A stretch of DNA of 64,000 bases. It comes from Octopus vulgaris (taxonomy: Eukaryota). The stretch is taken from assembly GCA_951406725.2 (NCBI GenBank), contig OX597816.1:98580001-98644000 (forward strand). The letters are read 5' to 3'. Both the position numbers and the translations under genes were made by a program. This document shows, piece after piece, positions 56,925 through 64,000 of this stretch (positions within the stretch are counted from its first letter, which is position 1; every line of letters starts with the position of its first letter). The notes beneath the pieces are model-generated. The model saw only the letters and a program-made list of their open reading frames with translations. It was not told the origin of the DNA and searched no databases.

Positions 56925-57110
56925 TTCTCTCTATCAAATCGATGTTTTCTGAACAGATGTACGGTGTGCTACGCGTCAGCTGTCGAAGTGATCGCAGACC
57001 AACGTGTGATGAGTGTGTTTTACACAAGAACACAAAACACCACCCTGTGTAGGAATTGAAACTACGATCTCGCGATCGTAAGTGCAACACTTTAAACATT
57101 CAGCCATATG
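56925..57110 (-). mobile_element. tRNA-derived SINE, decayed
   Basis: Minus strand has an A-box-like tggctgaatgttt and a B-box-like gtttcaattcc. The head resembles 28160+ and 58293+. Confidence 0.6.
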
Positions 57111-57114
57111 TCTT

Positions 57115-57146
<32 letters not shown>

Positions 57147-58292
57147 TAATTATTATTATTCGTCGTTCATTCAGTTGATTACTAGGCCGATGTAATCAAC
57201 TTTCACACTAATTCTAAATTGCTGGCCTTGTGCCAAAATTTGAAACTGTTATTGCAATCATGAAAATGAAGAACGTCCTCACAACATGCGACACTATGAT
57301 GCTATGAATAATATTACATTTTTACAGGCTGGCAATGGTGATAGCAACACTTACTTACTGAGAGAGCAAGCTTAGATATTCTTTAATAATTTTTGTCAAT
57401 ATTGAAAAATCTGAACATTATATTGAAACCTGAAGATGTTTCAAATATTGTACATGCTTTGCATGTTTCCATCACCAGTATATTTCTTTACAGAGAGATA
57501 GAGAGAGGAGAGAGAGAGATCTATTAGTAGATGTCTGAAACCATAGATGATGCATGAAGGAGTTATAGAGACTAATTTTCTACGTCGTTTCTCGTTATGG
57601 CTAAAATTTATGAAAATTATCAAAATGCGATATGAATATCCCTGAATCATTGATGATGATACTCAACACCTACTGTGCTAAATTAAAGCTGACATCATGC
57701 CAAATAAACTACACTTGCTTCAAAGTTTAACATATCCCAATATATATCAATATATGAGTAGGCATACGCATGTGTGTGCGTGCATATATAAACGTGATTT
57801 TACATATGTAGCTTAACATTATATACATGGATAGATTAAATTGTTTAAAGGCCACAACAATGCAAAATGAAGGAAATGAAAAGAAGCATGAGTGGAAACT
57901 TGTATTTCTTTAAAAAATTGTGCTATACGGTCCTAAGAAGCGTGGAGAACAGATAGATGGTTTAGAGCTGTAATGTTTGCTCAAATACAAGGAAAGTAGG
58001 TAAGATATTCCTTAGTTTAGGCGATAGACACTCTCTCCTCACAATATCAGGAGCCGTAACCTTACTCATCCAGTCAGCACTTCTAAAGAGTACCTGGATG
58101 TTTTTACCTCTTTCTTTCTGGTACGGATCAGACGCACAACATCAGTTGAAATGGATCTATACAATTGTCTAGCATGCATATGAATATGCTTCGTACGATT
58201 AATATAATATAATATACGTAATATTATACATGTGGGTGTATACAGACACGCGCGCACACACACATACATACATATATATATATATTATGTGT

Positions 58293-58685
58293 GGAGGCGC
58301 AATGGCCCAGTGGTTAGGGCAGCGGACTCGCGGTCGTAGGATCGCGGTTTCGATTCCCAGGCCGGGCGTTGTGAGTGTTTATTGAGCGAAAACACCTAAA
58401 AGCTCCACGAGGCTCCGGCAGGGATGGTGGTGATCCCTGCTGTACTCTTTCACCACAACTTTCTCTCACTCTTACTTCCTGTTTCTGTTGTACCTGTATT
58501 TCAAAGGGCCGGCCTTGTCACTCTCTGTGTCACGCTGAATATCCTCGAGAATTACGTTAAGGGTACACGTGTCTGTGGAGTGCTCAGCCACTTACACGTT
58601 AATTTCACAAGCAGGCTGTTCCGTTGATTCGGAATTAACCGGAACACTTGTCGTCGGAACCGACGGAGTGCTTCCATTCCATTCC
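58293..58685 (+). mobile_element. Young tRNA(Arg)-like SINE with a (TTCCA)n tail
   Basis: A box TGGCCCAGTGG (58303-58313), anticodon-like arm gcggacTCGcggtcgt, B box GGTTTCGATTCCC (58346-58358). CpG-rich. Resembles octopus OR-type SINEs (from recall). Confidence 0.88.
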
Positions 58686-58899
58686 ATATATATTATGCAC
58701 ACAGACACTGACATACACACACACACACATAAAGACACACTCACAAATATATATACAAATAATGTAGAATTGATAATGTCAAACGAAATATTCACAAGCC
58801 CCAAAATGTTTGGGGAGGGTGCCAAAACTTACAAAGGGTTAAAAATAGGTAATTTAAATTTTTCTGAAACGTGGGCTTAAGGATTTTTTTCGACGATGA

Positions 58900-59500
58900 T
58901 ATAACGAAAACCAACTTTTTTGGAAATTACCCCTGACTTATATAATGATTTATATTTCCCATACCATAAACCCTCAACTAATTTAAAATATATTAGCCCT
59001 TTCAGTAATCATTCTAACACTATTACAAGGACTTTAGTTAGAAATATTTCACTTAGACCTTCAAGATTATCTGCCAGTGTTGATATCTTCAACGGAAAAG
59101 CCAAATTGTATAACTTAAAACAGTCTATAAAACTTACCTATATTAACCATATTGACATTAATTCTACCTCTATTAATCAGTACGTGAAAATTTTAGTTCG
59201 AATCACACAACACTATATCAAAAAAGTTTTTGCAGTCTAATGGAGATAACCATTCTTTAAACCCTTTTTATAAAAGGTAAGTTCTAGTAAAAGTGTTTGG
59301 TTGATAATTCCATATGGTAAAAATATCAAATCCATCCCCTCTTTACTAGTTTCGTGAAGATATAGATAAGTATTCCTGCCCAAAATTCAAGACACCATTC
59401 TATTATCAATTCACACCGAATGTGAACGGGGTTTTCAAACACCAAAAACCTTTCACAAATCATCTCTTCGCATAATAAGTTGTTAAATACATATCCACTT
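58900..59500 (+). mobile_element. Penelope-like element fragment (RT thumb/linker), decayed
   Basis: NFLEITPDLYNDLYFPYHKPSTNLKYISPFSNHSNTITRTLVRNISLR..LSAS..IFN and a later [12 protein letters not shown] match PLE motifs FLDV..PYRKPN..SNHPP and WFNPPY. Confidence 0.8.
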
Positions 59501-59537
59501 AATGAAAATAATAAAATATATACATCCATCCATCCAT

Positions 59538-59644
<107 letters not shown>

Positions 59645-59914
59645 TACATATGATGTACAAAGAGAGTGTGAGGGTTGAGAGAGGAAGACAGAGATGCAGT
59701 GAGAATCCGTTTATCTTTCACCTCACTTAGATGGAAAAAGTATATTTTTTCATATATTTTATTCTATTGCAATATATGATAATTTTCGGCAATGACTCTA
59801 CACCTCAGACATCTTTTGAACAGCTTTAAAACTATTATTTTAAACGTCACCAATGACCAAATTTGTTTTTAACTTCTTGAAATGGCATGCCATTTCCATG
59901 TTATACATACGCAC

Positions 59915-59965
<51 letters not shown>

Positions 59966-60557
59966 GCACATACATACGTGCATGTATACATGGATATATA
60001 AACACACAGACTCATACTTGCATGTACTTCATTATATAGCTGTGTATGTGTCTAAGTAACCATTTTATCGTTGGTTTTCTTTACACTTTACTTAATATTA
60101 TTTCTTTATCTGTGACGAAGTAACAGCTGGCAAGTTTAATAATGCTGTCAATAGCCCGATTAGAAAATTCCTTCTCATATATATTATTTCGAACAAAGTC
60201 GAAGAAATGGTTTCAGGCGCACTTACATTTTGTATATAGAATTACATCGAATAATTACACATTAGATGACGTAACAATTAGTCTGACAGATATGGTGAAA
60301 CACAATTGATGTATTTCCAAGTGCTTCTTCATTCTTTCTGTTCCTGACGTTTAGTTCTCTAATCTTCCATACCGATACACACACTGAAAACACACATAAA
60401 TACATATGCAATTATATATATGTGTGTGTGTGTATGTGTGAGCGCGCGAGTGCGTTCGTTTGTGCCTGTGTACGTGTGTGTGTTTGTCGGTGCTTACGAG
60501 TAACAGATCGAATAATTAGTACTAATTTATTTATCTGTATCTCCTCTCTCTCTCTCT

Positions 60558-60604
<47 letters not shown>

Positions 60605-60763
60605 GTATGTATGTACAATCATGCATACATACTAGCTGGTTGAAAATTTAAGCTAGTGAGTGTCAGTAAAGAAGTGATATTAATTCAGTGCGTGTGTTAG
60701 TATTATTGCCGTAATGACAATCACTAGATACAAGATATGTATATATATTTATGCATAAATATA

Positions 60764-60806
<43 letters not shown>

Positions 60807-61847
60807 TTATACACACATATAAATATATGTGTGTGTTTGTGTGTGCTTATGTGTGTGTGTGAGAGTGCGCGTGTGTTTTGCTCTTGTACGTATGTGATGT
60901 CGTCTATATGAATAACAGTTTGTCGATATTCTACGACACCACATATTTTGTGTAACTTTACACTTACAAAGCGTTTGCTATTACATAGTAGGCAAATCGA
61001 TCTAACCAGCTTGTCTATTCGGATAAATTTATTCACATCTAGATGGATTGATAAATTATTAGTATGTTACCATAATTTCCATTCAGTAATACATTATTCT
61101 ACAATGTAAATGTGATTTATGTATATATAAAAATATCTATATGTTTGGCCAAGAGCCGTGAACATACATTCTTTAAAAATATGTATTATTTGAACAGTCC
61201 TCATCAAACTCTATACCTTACAACGATATTGCTTGTGTTCATTTATTACGCATTTATTAGCAGTCACTTGAATTGATAAATTACTTATATATGTTCTATG
61301 TTTTGTTTCTGTTATGCTCTTCTAAATTTAATCTTTTTCCATGGAAAATAAGTACTATATTCATTTCTGTTACAATGAAAATAACTATTTAGGTTGATCC
61401 CAGTTTTTGTGTTCACAAAAATATTAAATAATGATACAAGATGTTTACGTGTGTATTGAACTGCAACAGTCCATTGTTAATGCACCATTAATTTATCAAC
61501 CAATCTAGATATCAAGAATATTTCATAATTTGCAAATCGTTTTAAGTGTTCAATTAATCATTTAATTATATTGTGTTTATAAGGGATAAAAGAGGAAAAG
61601 GAGTTGTTAATGAAATATGAGCAGAAAATTAAGGATATTCTGATTGAGCTTACTTTACAATGTTGCTGCATGTCTATTACATAGAGCGCTGCTTAAAGTG
61701 TCAGGATTACTCAATAATTAGAATAGCCTATTTCATATTTGTATAGGGAGATGGTTGACAGTGAAATCGTAATTTCAGCTTTACCACTTTCATCGGAAAG
61801 CGTAACAAAAGCGATTTAATCCAAATTTCGATGACATTCTCAAGTAA

Positions 61848-61848
<1 letters not shown>

Positions 61849-61918
<70 letters not shown>

Positions 61919-62247
61919 CATAGATAGATACATATAGATAGATAGATACATACATACATAGATAAAGATAGACAGATAGATACATACATACATACATAGA
62001 TAAAGATAGATAGATAGATAGATAGATACATACATACATACATACATACATAGATAAAGATAGATAGATAGATAAATACATACATACATACATAGATAAA
62101 GATAGATAGATGCATACATACATAGATAAAGATAGATAGATACATACATACATACATACATACATACATACATACATACATAAAGATAGATAGATACATA
62201 GATAAAGTTTGAGAGATAGATAGATAGATACATAAATAAAGTTAGAG

Positions 62248-62283
<36 letters not shown>
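61849..62283. repeat. Compound (GATA)n/(CATA)n satellite with higher-order units
   Basis: Recurring (cata)n-gataaa-(gata)n blocks. Confidence 0.93.
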
Positions 62284-63186
62284 CTGAAGGTATAAAGGTA
62301 TTTGATTATATTTCACTGAAATTGCGAAAGTGGGTGACTGATTGTACAGTTTCCTCATGAAAATTCTTAATATTTACGATTACTGCAAAAATCTTCACAA
62401 ACTAATCTGAAAGAGAACATCCTTTCGTAGGTCGTAGGTCAGAATGACGGAAAATATTGCTTTTCATACATGTCAGAAATATCTCACATTCCTTGAAATG
62501 TAACCCAGTTAACGCCATGAATTTAAGATTGGACGTCACGCCTCTTTAATTATTGCTCTGTTTTACATTGGCTTTTACCATATTATTTGTTTAATTACCT
62601 TATTATAATCACCAGTCTGATCCGGATAAAGTAAAAGTGTATGTGACGAACTAGATACGGAGTGATCGGAAATCTATCAGAAACATTCATTGGTAGGAAG
62701 GACACCATGAAATACATATAGATTATATGATTTCAAAACCTGTGAACCACTAAATTGACATATCTGTTGCAGGTGAATTTAAATTTTCGTTATATCGGAA
62801 ATGATCTCAATGCATAAGAGTGTAAGATAACATATCCACTTTGTTGGAAATAAGAAGTATATTATAGGTAAAAGTTGAAAGTAGTATTCGAACTAAGCTG
62901 AAAAGCTGGATTCCTGTATTTGCAATCAATAAAGTGGAAATTAAAAAATTTTATACATTATGCATATCATTAAAAGACAAAATTCAAAAATTTCTTTGTA
63001 CTTTCCTATGAACTAAAAATCCAGTATTTTTCTACAATTCTTTCTTTATATTATCTTATATATCTATCAGAAAACTTTACATTGTCCTCGGTTTCTGTGG
63101 ATATTAATATATATTAATTATTGATATAATATAATTTATGTTGTAATTTTATCTTTGTAAGTTGGACTGCATAGGAAATAAAGAAT

Positions 63187-63228
<42 letters not shown>

Positions 63229-63519
63229 TATTTGCATTTGAAGCTTTAAGTGAAAATTTTGAGCAGAAAGTTAAGTATGCGTTTCTATCTGTTAGATATA
63301 GTAGTAAAAAAGAACAAAGTAGAAATTGCTGGATGTTAAATATTAGAGAGAGATATTATCTGGACGCATATCTAATTTCAATGTCATGTATGAAAAAATA
63401 ACTCAATATTGAAACAGAGTTGAAATGTATAAAACGTGTCGATTCTTTCACATGGAACACACAATATCAGACGTTCACACAATTATGAATGAATTATTCT
63501 ACGACCAAATATATATCCG

Positions 63520-63860
63520 TACTGCTGTAGCCGCTGCTCCTGCTGCCACTACCACAACCACCACTACTACTGCTGCTGCTTCTACTACTACTACTACTAC
63601 TTCTGTCGCTGCCGCTACTGTTGCCGCTGCCAATATAGGTGGTGATGATGATAATGATGATGACGATGCTGATGATGATATATCGCCAGCCACTGCTGCC
63701 AATAACAGTGACACAAACGCTGCTGCTGATAATGCTAACAACAATTATGTCATGGTTGTCGTCAGTGGTCATCGTGGGCGTCGTCGTAGTCGTCGTCGTC
63801 GAAGTAGTAGTAGTAGGAGGAGGAGGAGGGGGAGTAAGGGAAGGAAGGGCAGCAGCATTA
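63520..63860. repeat. Mosaic of degenerate trinucleotide repeats (GCT/ACT/GAT/CGT/AGT/AGG)
   Basis: Consecutive short triplet runs that keep several frames open. Confidence 0.8.
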
Positions 63861-64000
63861 GTGTAAGGATGAGCAATTCCTGCAGATGGAATAATCTAAA
63901 TAAAGTTTGAGTATCAACAGGCATGCCGTTCTAAGATCCTCGTAGAGTGGCAGCTCGAATCGTATCGTCCCCCGAACCAACTGTAATTATCCTTTCATCG

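Noticed and set aside
58293-58370. tRNA-Arg gene
   Set aside because: Imperfect cloverleaf that continues into a SINE body and tail, so it is a SINE head.
63425-63910. 161-aa A/T/D/R-rich ORF
   Set aside because: Built from triplet-repeat runs that are open in several frames on both strands. No domain is recognisable.

Overview
AT-rich, microsatellite-dense eukaryotic (metazoan) DNA. The SINE families and simple-repeat load suggest an octopod cephalopod, but that is an inference. I can recognise no host protein-coding gene, so the window is probably a large intron or intergenic region. Most ORF-track entries are translations of (TA)n, (CA)n, (GATA)n or (TAA)n repeats. Real coding remnants are all transposon-derived: a near full-length decayed CR1/L2-group LINE with a CCCH-finger ORF1 (7144-10926), a 5'-truncated LINE 3' end with an open frame (19618-20400), a full-length inactive mariner (39437-40727), and fragments of R4/Dong, RTE, Tx1-like, Penelope and mariner elements, plus several tRNA-derived SINEs. 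The most notable pattern is a set of sequence-unrelated short elements carrying type I hammerhead ribozyme motifs (4838, 5221, 19138, 29435, 36583, 38700, and variants near 2405, 7006 and 3567). Four of these loci are foldbacks in or next to microsatellites. In three of them the inverted arm breaks off inside the ribozyme, and two have a short hairpin at that junction. They most likely represent Penelope-like pseudo-LTR or retrozyme-like relics. All structures were read by eye and none was computed.
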